This document shows, piece by piece, positions 30,142 to 39,831 of a stretch of 64,000 nt of DNA. The notes beneath the pieces were generated by a model, which was not told the DNA's origin, searched no databases, and saw only the letters and a list, made by a program, of their open reading frames with translations. The translations under genes and the position numbers were made by a program. Position 1 is the stretch's first letter; each line of letters opens with the position of its first letter. Location: positions 1 through 64,000 of the forward strand of contig CAVVOB010000019.1 of NCBI GenBank assembly GCA_963749655.1. The letters are read 5' to 3'. Origin of the DNA: Nitrospirota bacterium. Its GTDB lineage: Bacteria > Nitrospirota > UBA9217.

Positions 30142-30897
30142 ATGAAAGAACAATCTGCTCTATCGGGGCAGATCCGCTATGTCCTTGTCGTGGATTCGGA
30201 CTGGAACGAGCGGTTCACGTTGAGCATGCTGCTGCAGCGCTTCGGATATGCCGTGGCGAGCACGAACAATGCCCAGGAAGGCGTGGAATTCCTGTGCGTC
30301 GCTCCGGCCGTCGCGGTCTTTGCAGAAGCAGGAAGCGTCGGCGGAGACATGATCACACGGCTTAAGGCGGACCTGCGGTTCCGGGACGTGCCTCTTGTCA
30401 TGACAACCGATTCGCGCAATGCTGAACTTGAGCTGAAACTCCGCCAGGGAGAGATCTCAGGGCTGCTCCGAACGCCTCTGGATCCCAACGACGTTTTCCA
30501 AATATTGCAGGAAGTCATCGAGAACGGCACGCGCCGGAACATCCGCATTGCCACCGGTCTGCCTGCCGTGCTGCAGGACTCATCGGGAACGACCGAGGGA
30601 TACGTAACGGTACTGTCCCAGTTCGGTCTGTTCTTCCGGTCCCTGGAAGCCCGTCCGGCAAACAGCCGAGTGACCGTAAGCATGAAAATCTGGGACCGGG
30701 CCGTGGATCTCGAAGCGGAAGTTCTCTATGTCGTTTCTTTTGAAGAAGGACCTTTCGCGGAACCGGGCATGGGAATGAAATTCATGAAAATCGAACCCCA
30801 GGACAACGCCATGATCACGCTGTTCATCTATGAGCAGCTCGGTTTAAGCATGATTCCGCCCGGCGAGGGCGAGGGCCCTGTAGCGGGAAGTGCGTAA
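30142..30897 (+). CDS. atypical REC-PilZ protein (paralog 3)
   Basis: Degenerate receiver (VFAEAG; conserved Lys replaced, LLRTPL); PilZ motifs RRNIR, VLSQFG and EPGMGMKF. Confidence 0.82.
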   Translation: MKEQSALSGQIRYVLVVDSDWNERFTLSMLLQRFGYAVASTNNAQEGVEFLCVAPAVAVFAEAGSVGGDMITRLKADLRFRDVPLVMTTDSRNAELELKLRQGEISGLLRTPLDPNDVFQILQEVIENGTRRNIRIATGLPAVLQDSSGTTEGYVTVLSQFGLFFRSLEARPANSRVTVSMKIWDRAVDLEAEVLYVVSFEEGPFAEPGMGMKFMKIEPQDNAMITLFIYEQLGLSMIPPGEGEGPVAGSA

Positions 30898-31072
30898 CGC
30901 CTGTATTACTAGCGGGTAATCGATATCTCCCCACGGCTCGGGCAACACAACCGTCCCGTGACGGCGGGGAAGGCCGCAGGCAGTTGAACAAGGCATCGTA
31001 AAAATATATTGACATCAGCCACAATGATGATCAATAATGTGCTGCTTCTTCATTTTGAAAGGGGGGATATCC

Positions 31073-31201
31073 GTGAAAAGAAGGACTCTTGCACTTGTAG
31101 CGCTCGCTTTGATCATCCTGAGCACTGCTTCCGCTTGCTGGTGGGACAGGGGGCATTATGGTGGCCCGGGACCCATGAGGCCAGGGCCAATGCGCAGATA
31201 A
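31073..31201 (+). CDS. small lipoprotein (42 aa), absent from the ORF track
   Basis: TTGACA at 31009, SD GGGGGA, GTG start; MKRRTLALVALALIILSTASACWWDRGHYGGPGPMRPGPMRR. Confidence 0.6.
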   Translation: MKRRTLALVALALIILSTASACWWDRGHYGGPGPMRPGPMRR

Positions 31202-31453
31202 TGAATATCGGCTAGTATCAAGGAAGATTCCTACCCGAGATACACCGCATTCACATTCCGTCCAGTCCAGTTATGAGGGCCTGTTATCTTCTCGGCGTTG
31301 CTGTCGACAGGATAAAGAGGCCCTTTTCTCTTCCTGCCCGCGAATTCCCGGCACCCGTCTCCCCTGATCTGGCCGGACCATACCTCAATTCCTTCAATTC
31401 CCTAAAACCTCCCGACCATACGTGAACATAAAGGGGCGTACAGGAGCGGACTA

Positions 31454-31507
31454 CCCTAAAAATACCCCGATCGGGCGATTGCTACTATTTGCATATTCCG
31501 CTATAAA
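31454..31507 (+). promoter_or_regulatory. conserved 29-bp motif running into a sigma70 promoter (copy 1)
   Basis: CCCTAAAAATACCCCGATCGGGCGATTGC, then TTGCTA-17 nt-TATAAA; 26/29 identical to 48459-48487. Confidence 0.6.
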
Positions 31508-31578
31508 TAAGCCATCAGTACAGTTCATTTGTTGAGCAGGTATTGAGCTTGTCGCCGCAACGGGGAGAACAATAGACT

Positions 31579-31989
31579 ATGCAGGTATTTCGATCGAGTA
31601 CAGGCCTCCACCAGCAGGGAGCCGATGTATCCACCTTTAAAAAAATCATGATCATCGATCTGGACCATGATCTCGTACACTCACTCCGGTATGCCATGGA
31701 ATCTTCGGGGTACGAAATCACCCATTGCAGGACCTGTTTTGAAGCCCTGGCCTATTCCCTGAGCCAGCCTGTGCATTATTTCATCATCCATGACCGGGTT
31801 CCCGGTATGAACGGCCTTACTCTCACCAAAAGGCTTCGGAGCCAGTTTCCCTCGGCCGTCATCATCGGTATGAGTGATTCGGACAAAGGGGTAGAATATC
31901 TTCGCTCCGGGGCAAACGATTTCCTTCGGAAACCCTTTGCCCCCTACCGGTTATTCATGATGATCGACGGTGGAGACATCTCACCCTGA
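31579..31989 (+). CDS. single-domain response regulator (CheY-like)
   Basis: IMIIDLD, HDRVPGMNGL, IIGMS and GANDFLRKPF motifs. Confidence 0.8.
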   Translation: MQVFRSSTGLHQQGADVSTFKKIMIIDLDHDLVHSLRYAMESSGYEITHCRTCFEALAYSLSQPVHYFIIHDRVPGMNGLTLTKRLRSQFPSAVIIGMSDSDKGVEYLRSGANDFLRKPFAPYRLFMMIDGGDISP

Positions 31990-32259
31990 ACCCTGACGGG
32001 TTTTGCCCGCAAAACGAAAACCTGTTTGTTCCACACGTGTTCGCTTGTCCAGATTGGGGCCCCTCCGAACATCCTTGCCGATTTTCAAACGTTCTGATCC
32101 CGCAGACCCTGATATCTTGTTCTCCTCATTTTTTCACCGTTCCCGTATTTTCCCAAACTGCAGCTCCACATGCTGCCGCCGCAAATCCAGACGCTAAGAA
32201 TTCACACCTTGAAAAACGGTCGTGCACGCAAGTGACACCTTTGGCCCCTGCTTGCACAG

Positions 32260-32290
32260 AAAAAAAGCCCCCCGGGGATTTCCGGGGGCT
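32260..32290 (-). terminator. rho-independent terminator
   Basis: GC-rich hairpin AGCCCCCGG/CCGGGGGGCT followed by a T run, downstream of the small lipoprotein. Confidence 0.75.
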
Positions 32291-32315
32291 CGGTGCCGTG
32301 TGCAATCAAGGAATA

Positions 32316-32501
32316 CTACTTGTGCACGGGTGCAGCCGGTGCTGCCGGTGCCGTCGATGTCGGGGCCGACATCGTGCCGGTCGCTGTGGAGGTCACCGCC
32401 GACTGCTCAGCCGGCTTCGGTGCTTCCTGCTTCTGACAACCTGCGAACGCGAACAGTGCGGCGACTACGAATGCCGCCATAATAGCAGATATCTTCTTCA
32501 T
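32316..32501 (-). CDS. small low-complexity lipoprotein
   Basis: SD AAGGAGGT; lipobox FAGC; Ala/Pro/Thr-rich tail. Confidence 0.75.
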   Translation of the reverse strand: MKKISAIMAAFVVAALFAFAGCQKQEAPKPAEQSAVTSTATGTMSAPTSTAPAAPAAPVHK

Positions 32502-32927
32502 ACTTTGTCACCTCCTTTCTTCTCGTCCTTCTTGCCCCAGCGCGCTTGCCGCAATAAAAATATGAATCTGATCAAGAGCACGCTGCAGCCTGGAGAGTCT
32601 GGTTGAAAATGATCGGTTGTTCACGCGACAAACATCATGAGTTGAAACTTCCTGCAGCAAGAGGAAACGGAACGATCCGGTTCATTCGCGAACCCGGCGG
32701 TCATTCCTTTGCGGGGCCGTCGAATGCTCAGCTCGGGCTTCCGATGTTGTCGCAAAATGACCGGATTATAAACCTTTTTTTTATAATTGCAAGGGAGATT
32801 TTATCGGCCTGACACTTACAAAAGCCGGCCCAATCCATATCGTGATGACAGATGGTATACTATAACTGTTTTACAGTGCCGGTAATTTACTGTCGACTGC
32901 AGACAGAGTTGCAGGGGGGGGGATTTG

Positions 32928-33314
32928 ATGAGCTATTTTTTCTGCAAAACGATCATGATGCCGTTCGACAAAGCCGTCCAGCTGGTAACCGAAGCGCTGA
33001 AGAGAGAAGGTTTCGGCGTTCTTGCGGATATCGATGTGCAGGCTATTTTGAAAAAAAAGCTGAACGCAGATTTCAGGAAATATCGTATTCTCGGTGCTTG
33101 TAATCCTCCCTACGCCTACCAGGCGCTTCAAGCCGAAGCAAAAATCGGAATCATGCTTCCCTGCAATGTAGTTATTCAGGATCTGGGGGGAGGGACTGTC
33201 GAAATAGCGGCTGTGGATCCTGTGGCATCCATGGCGGCGGTGCACAACCCCAAACTCAACGTGATCGCCGGTCAGGTACGCGAAAAGCTCAAAAATGTTG
33301 TTGATGGCTTGTAA
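32928..33314 (+). CDS. DUF302 domain protein
   Basis: EGFGVLADID, YRILGACNP, IGIMLPCNVV and AVDP motifs. Confidence 0.9.
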   Translation: MSYFFCKTIMMPFDKAVQLVTEALKREGFGVLADIDVQAILKKKLNADFRKYRILGACNPPYAYQALQAEAKIGIMLPCNVVIQDLGGGTVEIAAVDPVASMAAVHNPKLNVIAGQVREKLKNVVDGL

Positions 33315-33733
33315 GCCCTTCTTGTCTTGCTTCTTCCAGATCAATACGCAATCAGCTTGAACTTGCCGGTACGGGAGGGCGCGGATTCCGTTTCAACCCA
33401 AGTATTTCAGCACTTAAACGGGAATTTCACTCATGCCTCCGGATAATACGAAACAGACGAAGGTGAATTTCAACCGAAGAGTATCTGACATGTATACCTG
33501 TGCTGTAGAGCATGCGAGCTGTCGAATCATGCCGGACCCGGCTCTGACCAGGCACCTTTTCCTTGCCACGACACACGAATTCAGTTAAAGTATCACCGGT
33601 TCCCGGTGCGAAAACTCTTGCCTGGAGCGTTTCTGCTGCAAACCGGCACAGGAGGGAGCGTTTTTAGCATGATCATAGAGACCCGGCACCTGATGCCGCG
33701 GGATATTTTATTCAAGGAGTGTGACGCAGGAAC

Positions 33734-34120
33734 ATGGAAAATGCCGCAGCACTGGCAAAAAAATACGGGTTGGAATCCTATCTGGAAAGGCCGGCCGAAT
33801 TGAATGCAGCGATTCTCAACCTCTTGCTGCTGCAGGAGACAATGCAGCTCGAACAGGCGGGAAAAATGAAAATCGATGCGACGACCATATCGGTCAGACG
33901 CGACGTTCACGGGAAATTCGTCGCCGCCAGCCGCGGCGACAAGGCCTATCGCTATGCAGTGGAAACGGCGCTCGAAGCCGCCACTTTCACGGTTGCGGTC
34001 TTCCAGCGAGATCGCTTTGTCCGCATCCTGCAAAATATGGGGGTTCCTGAGGACAAGATTGCCGCGTTCTGCGATAGCGTGACAATCGATGATGACACTC
34101 ATTGCAGCACCGCAGGGTGA
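33734..34120 (+). CDS. hypothetical protein
   Basis: 128-aa ORF with SD AGGA and protein-like composition. Confidence 0.5.
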   Translation: MENAAALAKKYGLESYLERPAELNAAILNLLLLQETMQLEQAGKMKIDATTISVRRDVHGKFVAASRGDKAYRYAVETALEAATFTVAVFQRDRFVRILQNMGVPEDKIAAFCDSVTIDDDTHCSTAG

Positions 34121-34276
34121 ACCGGCACCCGGGCACTATGTTTCTGCCCGCCGGAGTAACTTGACGCGATACCGCGGTACCGCGAAGGACGGATTGTAGA
34201 GCATCAGGTGCACGGCGGAGGGGCGGTCGGCCGGAAACCGGAACTCCTCCGAGAATCGAAAGGAGTGATCTCCGAC

Positions 34277-34510
34277 ATGGCCAATGTTGTCCGAAAAAGT
34301 CCGATCGTCGGCTTCATCATTTCCGCCCTGTTCGGCGCCTTCGGTCTGCTTCTTCTAGGAATCGACGGTGCGCCGGGGGCCGCCGGGGAAATTGTGCTTT
34401 GGATGTACAGGACAGTGGGTATATTCCTGTTTTTTGTTTCCCTCTGCGTTATTGCCGTGGCCGTGAACGCGATCGTAAAAGCAAAAAAATCAGGCAATGA
34501 GCGGCAATAA
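34277..34510 (+). CDS. small two-TM membrane protein
   Basis: SD AAGGAG; two hydrophobic helices. Confidence 0.55.
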   Translation: MANVVRKSPIVGFIISALFGAFGLLLLGIDGAPGAAGEIVLWMYRTVGIFLFFVSLCVIAVAVNAIVKAKKSGNERQ

Positions 34511-34699
34511 CTTGCCCGGACCATCCTCCCTTCTCCCTGTTTGACCATAAATCATTGTTTAGCCCGTAAACGCACTTCACGCCGTGCCGGACTGCCTTGC
34601 CATCTTTCCATTTTTCTGCTACAGTTCAAGATAGTATGCCAATGCTGCACGGTTTCCACATGCCGGAACAACAATTCACCTACGAGTAAGGAGGCATCT

Positions 34700-34975
34700 A
34701 TGAAAAGGGTAATTGCGGTTGTGGTTCTGCTCATGTTTGTAGCAGCTCCTGTTCTTGCTGAAGATTCGGTAACGGTAAAATCGAAAACAGGGAACGTGAC
34801 CTTCAACCATAAGGCCCACGGCGGAACGGGGGACTGCGCTGTGTGCCACGGATCAGGTACGCCTGGAAAATTGACTCTGGGAGGAAAGGACGCGGCGCAC
34901 AAATTGTGCCAGGGCTGCCACAAGGTAAAAAAGGCAGGACCTACCAAATGCTTCGATTGCCACAAGAAAAAGTAA
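34700..34975 (+). CDS. triheme cytochrome c7 (PpcA family)
   Basis: Signal peptide; GNVTFNHKAH, CAVCH, KDAAH, CQGCH and GPTKCFDCHKK match the Geobacter PpcA pattern. Confidence 0.92.
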   Translation: MKRVIAVVVLLMFVAAPVLAEDSVTVKSKTGNVTFNHKAHGGTGDCAVCHGSGTPGKLTLGGKDAAHKLCQGCHKVKKAGPTKCFDCHKKK

Positions 34976-34984
34976 GGGTCATCA

Positions 34985-35016
34985 CCGGGGAATAGTCCCT
35001 GTGAACTATTCCCCGG
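34985..35016. terminator. stem-loop after the c7 cytochrome gene
   Basis: CCGGGGAATAGT...ACTATTCCCCGG 12-bp inverted repeat without a clear T tail. Confidence 0.45.
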
Positions 35017-35336
35017 AGCACCCGCAGCAGGTCGGCATCGATCCAGCGATGACTCTGCGGAAAATAACAACCCGTTGTGGAGGAAGCTTGAATAAACGGC
35101 CGTTCCCGTGATCAGCGACGTCGCAGTTCCCCTTACTCACCCAGATCCCCCCATCAAGAAGAACCGGATTCGACCGCAGCCTTTCCTATGCCGAGGTATC
35201 GGAGTATGCCGATTTCCTCATAATGATATTTACCCGACGGGTAGTGAATTCAAACCTGCCGATAAACAATCGACAGACCTTCCCCGGGACAAGGGACCAT
35301 TAGGCATTTTAAATTAGTCAATTCAAAAATATATGG

Positions 35337-35365
35337 TTGACAGGCGGGGAAATCGGCGCTATAGA
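35337..35365 (+). promoter_or_regulatory. sigma70 promoter upstream of the second c7-type cytochrome
   Basis: TTGACA-17 nt-TATAGA. Confidence 0.5.
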
Positions 35366-35554
35366 TTTAAACAAGGGGTCTAGGAGGTCCTCTGATACCA
35401 CTGAACGGCTTCTTGCCGCAATCATATCACCAATAAAATAGAGAAACTTTCGGAGAAGGGACAAAAGAAACATTACAACGTATTTATTCATCGGCAAGTA
35501 ACGCTTTCGCAGGAGCAACCGTAAAAAATATACCTCAAAGGGGGGACATGAACT

Positions 35555-35873
35555 ATGAAAAAGATAAGTTTGCTGGTGTTGTGTCTGTATCTTGCAGCAA
35601 CCGTCACTGCCGCGTACGCAACGGTCGGAGGAGGGGATTTGACCTTCAATCCTCCCGGTGCCAAGCCGGTGCATTTCAGCCACGCGGCGCATGTTGACGG
35701 GAAACATAAAAAGTGCAGCGCCTGCCATTATCATCTTTTCCAGATGGAAAAAGGCTCCTACAAGATGGAGATGAGCAAGATCACAAAGGGTGAATTTTGC
35801 GGCTCCTGCCACAACGGCGAGCGGTCCTTCGGAGTCAAAGGATCCGGCAAGCTGCTCGAAATGCCACAAATAG
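35555..35873 (+). CDS. triheme c7-type cytochrome with a 1-nt insertion near the 3' end
   Basis: VGGGDLTF, FSHAAH, CSACH and CGSCH; the third motif CSKCHK-stop lies in the shifted frame after ~35838. Confidence 0.85.
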
Positions 35874-36514
35874 CCGGACCACGGGCATTGTGACGCCCTG
35901 CGGGCGGCATTGCCTGCAAGGAGACAAACTGCCCTGTTTCGGCACTCTGAAGACCATCACGGGCTCAGGGAAAGAGCGCTCTTTTCTGCTCGTCATGGTA
36001 TAATTTCGTATATCCAGTCCGCCTCGATCGAAGAGCATTTGCACTCCGAGAAATCGTACTGTTCTTCGTATACACTGTCATGAAGGCGCTCGAAGAGCAC
36101 CCCGGCTGTTTCCGGTGAAAAATTATTTCATTACCCGGGGACAGGAACTTTCCGCACGGATGCAAAGCCATGGGTTTCAAGTCGAAAGATCCGTCATCCG
36201 CCGTTGTCCATCACGCCTCGGGAATCCGCTGTCAGATGTATGAACCGATAGGTCGGATCGTCAGGCAAGAATGAAATCCCCTGGTCTGCGCAACCCTGTC
36301 TGTCCGCCGACAAAACCCCTGATTCTCCGCCCCGACAGCCAGCCAGAAATACTTACAGCCGCAGTGCCGTGTCTGCCGCTTCCCAATTGACAGGGACGTC
36401 CCGGTGTGCAATAATTACGTACCTGCGGGGAATGCGCTCGTGTCGTCATTTAGGCTGATGCCGGAAGCGCGTGCGATACCGCCGCCGTTGATCAGGAAAG
36501 TGAGGCATCCACCG

Positions 36515-37273
36515 GTGACCGATTCTTTAGAAAACGGGGACCACCTGCCGGACCGAAGAAAGAGTTACGCCCTGCTGGTGGATGGGTATGTAAGAGACCT
36601 GTTCGCAACAGGCATGATCCTGCAGCGACTTGACTACGATGTTTATATTTCCAATTCGGGCGAGGATGCGCTCCGGATCATCGCCGCTGCCCCTCCCGAC
36701 CTTGTCATAACAGAGCTTTCGCTGCACCAGATGTCCGGACTCGAACTGCTCGTCAACCTGAAGAGAACGCCCGAGACAAAGAACATTCCCGTCATCATTC
36801 ATACGGCAATCGGAGACCAACGGCGCGAAGAACATTGCCGCGCCTCGGGGTGCTCGGCCTTTCTTAAAAAACCTGCGGAAATCGACGCCCTCTACAGCGC
36901 CATCCAGCAGGCGACGGAGGATACCCCCCGCCAGCATGTCCGTCTGCGTACGCTCATGCCTGTCAGGGTGGGAGGACATGTCTCCACGGAAGCCGCCAAC
37001 AGCGTTGAGTTCATCTCTGAAATATCGGAAAACGGCATATTTGTCCGGACATTGAACCCCCGTCCGGTTAATTCCGTGGTCCCGGTCAATATTATCATCA
37101 GTTCAATACCGGTCAAGGCCACGGCTCAAGTCGTACGCAAGGTGACCATGAATCCCGGGTTGTTCAAAGAGCCGGGGATGGGCATGAAATTCGTGGACAT
37201 AACCGCTGCGCACCGGGAATTACTCAGAAACTTCATCAAGGGACAGATCATGAAGGACATCGTGACCTCGTGA
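36515..37273 (+). CDS. atypical REC-PilZ protein (paralog 4)
   Basis: Receiver with Glu at the phospho-Asp position (VITELSLHQMSG); PilZ motifs RQHVR, EISENG and EPGMGMKF. Confidence 0.85.
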   Translation: MTDSLENGDHLPDRRKSYALLVDGYVRDLFATGMILQRLDYDVYISNSGEDALRIIAAAPPDLVITELSLHQMSGLELLVNLKRTPETKNIPVIIHTAIGDQRREEHCRASGCSAFLKKPAEIDALYSAIQQATEDTPRQHVRLRTLMPVRVGGHVSTEAANSVEFISEISENGIFVRTLNPRPVNSVVPVNIIISSIPVKATAQVVRKVTMNPGLFKEPGMGMKFVDITAAHRELLRNFIKGQIMKDIVTS

Positions 37274-37379
37274 TCACCCGCTAAAGAACATCGTCCAATT
37301 GCTCATGCAAGGGACCGGAGGCGCGGGAAACAGCTTCCCTGCCAACGCAGTCCTGTTTGCTCCTGCCCGTTAATTTATC

Positions 37380-38138
37380 ATGACATTCATTCTTCAAAAA
37401 ATCATCTGGTTTCTCATCCTGCCGCCCTCCAGCCTTCTGATCATGATCGTCGCCGGCCTGCTGCTGATCAACCGGCTCCCCCGGCAGGCAAAAATTTTCA
37501 TGAGCTCGGGCGCGGTGTTCCTCTATCTCCTCAGCCTCGGCCATGTTGCCGACCTGCTTCTGAGGCCGATTGAAGGCCGTTATCATCCGCTCACCCACCT
37601 CGACTCCCCGGTTGACGCCGTGGTCGTGCCCGGCGGTGGGTCCGTAGACCTCGACTGGCTCGGTGCCGATCCGGAACCAAACGCAGAAACCCTGTCCCGC
37701 CTCGTTCTGGGAATTAAAATCGCCGGGAAATTGCAAGTACCCCTCGTGCTGTGCGGCGGCAACGGCGAACCCTTTACGGTAAAAATCAACGATGCCGATG
37801 TCATGGCAGCGGCAACTGCGTCCTTCGGCATGCCGCTCCGTCAGGTGTTGACGGAGAATGTTTCCCGGAACACAGTCGAGAATTCCTATGCCGTTCGGAA
37901 GCTTGTAACCGGGGATCGCATCATTCTGGCCACTTCAGCGTACCACATGCCGCGTGCAGCAGCCATGTTCAGCCGCCGCGGCTTTACCGTGATCCCGGCT
38001 CCGACCTACTTTCTCGCCCAGACCAGGCTGTTTTCCTACGCATCGTTCATCCCCAAAGCCGGCGACCTTGCCCGCTCGACCACGGCCATCGCAGAATGGA
38101 TGAGCATGGCCTGGTGGACCATCCGCGGGGAAATCTGA
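37380..38138 (+). CDS. YdcF/ElyC (DUF218) family protein
   Basis: VVVPGGG, ENVSRNTVENS, ATSAYHMPRA and IPAPT motifs. Confidence 0.9.
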   Translation: MTFILQKIIWFLILPPSSLLIMIVAGLLLINRLPRQAKIFMSSGAVFLYLLSLGHVADLLLRPIEGRYHPLTHLDSPVDAVVVPGGGSVDLDWLGADPEPNAETLSRLVLGIKIAGKLQVPLVLCGGNGEPFTVKINDADVMAAATASFGMPLRQVLTENVSRNTVENSYAVRKLVTGDRIILATSAYHMPRAAAMFSRRGFTVIPAPTYFLAQTRLFSYASFIPKAGDLARSTTAIAEWMSMAWWTIRGEI

Positions 38139-38209
38139 GTCGTCTGCATCGGGCCTGTCGATCCCGGTTCGCTTGTTGCGAAATAGGCAGGATTGCCGCC
38201 TGTACCGAT

Positions 38210-38334
38210 GATGATCTCGTAAAAAGTCTTTTAGACACAGACAAAAGTTAAAAAAATATTATCGATTTTTTCAAAAACTCTCTTTGATTTTTTTATGCCT
38301 TTTGCGGCAAGTCTTGACTTCCTACGACGACATC
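38210..38334. mobile_element. MITE-like element (GATG...CATC ends)
   Basis: 19-bp imperfect IRs GATGATCTCGTAAAAAGTC / GACTTCCTACGACGACATC; 6-bp duplication ACCGAT at 38204-38209 and, beyond the IS, at 39646-39651. Confidence 0.65.
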
Positions 38335-39641
38335 CCCGTTGCGTCATAATAAAATGTTACCGGAAGTCAGTATAACCGGTATGGATTTGTATTAGGGTTT
38401 GAAGATCTTTTTAAGCTTCTCCTCCATTGCTTTTCTCAGATCAAAGGGGTTCAGTGTTTTATAGAGTTCTTTGAGTTTTCGTTTTGATTCTTCAGCAACT
38501 GCGGGAGATTCCAAGACCCGACGGTAAGGGGTTTTGGGCTTATCATAGCGTTTCACCGTCTTTGAGGCAACTCGTTTCTTCTCAAGCAGCTTTACCGAAG
38601 GGCAGAAGAAGTTCAGAAACAATCTCCATTCGGAAGTGTAGAGCTCATTCATAAGAGGAACGACCTCCGAAGAGTCCAGGCGATCGTAGCCGAGCCATTG
38701 CCGTACATGGGTCCAGTTTTTCTGCTCAATGTGGGCGTTATCGTCTTTTTTATACGCACGGCTCCGGGTAAACTGGATCGGCTGCTTCCTATCCGTCAGA
38801 TACCGGAGGAGATGATGGTTCAAGAACTCACTGCCGTTGTCGGAATCAAAGCCCAGGATCGGGAACGGGAGGGATTGCTCGATATCCTTGATCTGATCGA
38901 TGACATCCTGATAGTTTTTACCCCAAACGGCACGCTGCTCGGTCCAGCCGGTTGCGATGTCAACGCAGTCGACGGTATTGGCATAAATGCCTTCTGTAGA
39001 GCTTCCGCAGTGGGCAACGGTATCGGCTTCCAGAAAGCCCGGCCGGGATTCATCCCACTGGTTCGTTTTAACAGGGATGTGCTTTCTTAAAAGCGTTCCT
39101 GGTTTGGTCGTGGCCCTGCCGTGTTTGGTATACTTCGCGCGCACCGGTTTCAACATGCGGTCAATGCTTGAAGGCGATATCCGGAGCAGGGCAACAGCGG
39201 TCTTCTGGGAGATAGGGCCATAAGTCTTGATATAGCCCGGCAGCCACTCAGGGAGGATGGCCTTCAGGCGGGTCGAGCAAGGCAAGCTTGCCGCTATCCA
39301 GATGCGTTTTAAGGGAATCAGGATCGCCTCAGAGTCATACTCCGGCCTTCTGCCTCGCTTCGCCGGCGCCTTTTGCGTAAACCGCCGGAAGGTCCGCAGA
39401 AGTCTGAGGGCATGTTTTCTGTGATACCCGCAGGTAGAGCAGAACTCGCTCAGGATCGCTGTTTTTATCTTCCGGGAGGCGGCCCGGTACCGTTTGATGA
39501 TAGCAGCCAGGTACTCCCGTTTGGATCGTGGACTCATCAGAACTAACCCTCCTTTTAGGGGTATAGTTCCGGTAACATGCATTATGAGTCAACGATACTT
39601 TTCAAAATGCGGTTGGGTAACATTTAATTTGAATCAATTCG
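38335..39641 (-). mobile_element. IS with rve/DDE transposase (IS481/ISNCY-like)
   Basis: End motif (GGTAACAT...TGA..CAA) once at the left end and twice at the right end in inverted orientation; flanked by a 4-bp direct repeat CATC. Confidence 0.75.
38392..39537 (-). CDS. integrase-core (rve) DDE transposase
   Basis: GYHRKHALRLL HTH; PGFLEADTVAHCG, DIATGW, DSDNGSEF and RSRAYKKDDNAHIEQKN motifs; SD AAGGAGG before MSPRSK. Confidence 0.9.
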   Translation of the reverse strand: MSPRSKREYLAAIIKRYRAASRKIKTAILSEFCSTCGYHRKHALRLLRTFRRFTQKAPAKRGRRPEYDSEAILIPLKRIWIAASLPCSTRLKAILPEWLPGYIKTYGPISQKTAVALLRISPSSIDRMLKPVRAKYTKHGRATTKPGTLLRKHIPVKTNQWDESRPGFLEADTVAHCGSSTEGIYANTVDCVDIATGWTEQRAVWGKNYQDVIDQIKDIEQSLPFPILGFDSDNGSEFLNHHLLRYLTDRKQPIQFTRSRAYKKDDNAHIEQKNWTHVRQWLGYDRLDSSEVVPLMNELYTSEWRLFLNFFCPSVKLLEKKRVASKTVKRYDKPKTPYRRVLESPAVAEESKRKLKELYKTLNPFDLRKAMEEKLKKIFKP

Positions 39642-39831
39642 CATCACCGATAGACACTTGCAGTTTATGGCAGACTCGTGCTACAATACTTCACCTTTTC
39701 GAAAAAAAAACTCGCGGGAAAGCCGCTGACATAGCCGAAATCAGTCCTCCGCGACAGCGCGAGGGCGGCGGCCAGGGGACACAACGCACGGGCTTTCAAC
39801 GGGAGAATATCAATCACAGGAGGAGTCAAGG

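Noticed and set aside
35830-35893. Diheme cytochrome with a novel tail
   Set aside because: The third CxxCH and a proper stop are present one frame over, consistent with a 1-nt insertion.
36140-36215. GGATGCAAAGCCATGGGT resembling the core of a c-di-GMP-I riboswitch
   Set aside because: The upstream GGCAAAC...GAAA hairpin and the downstream closing strand could not be found.
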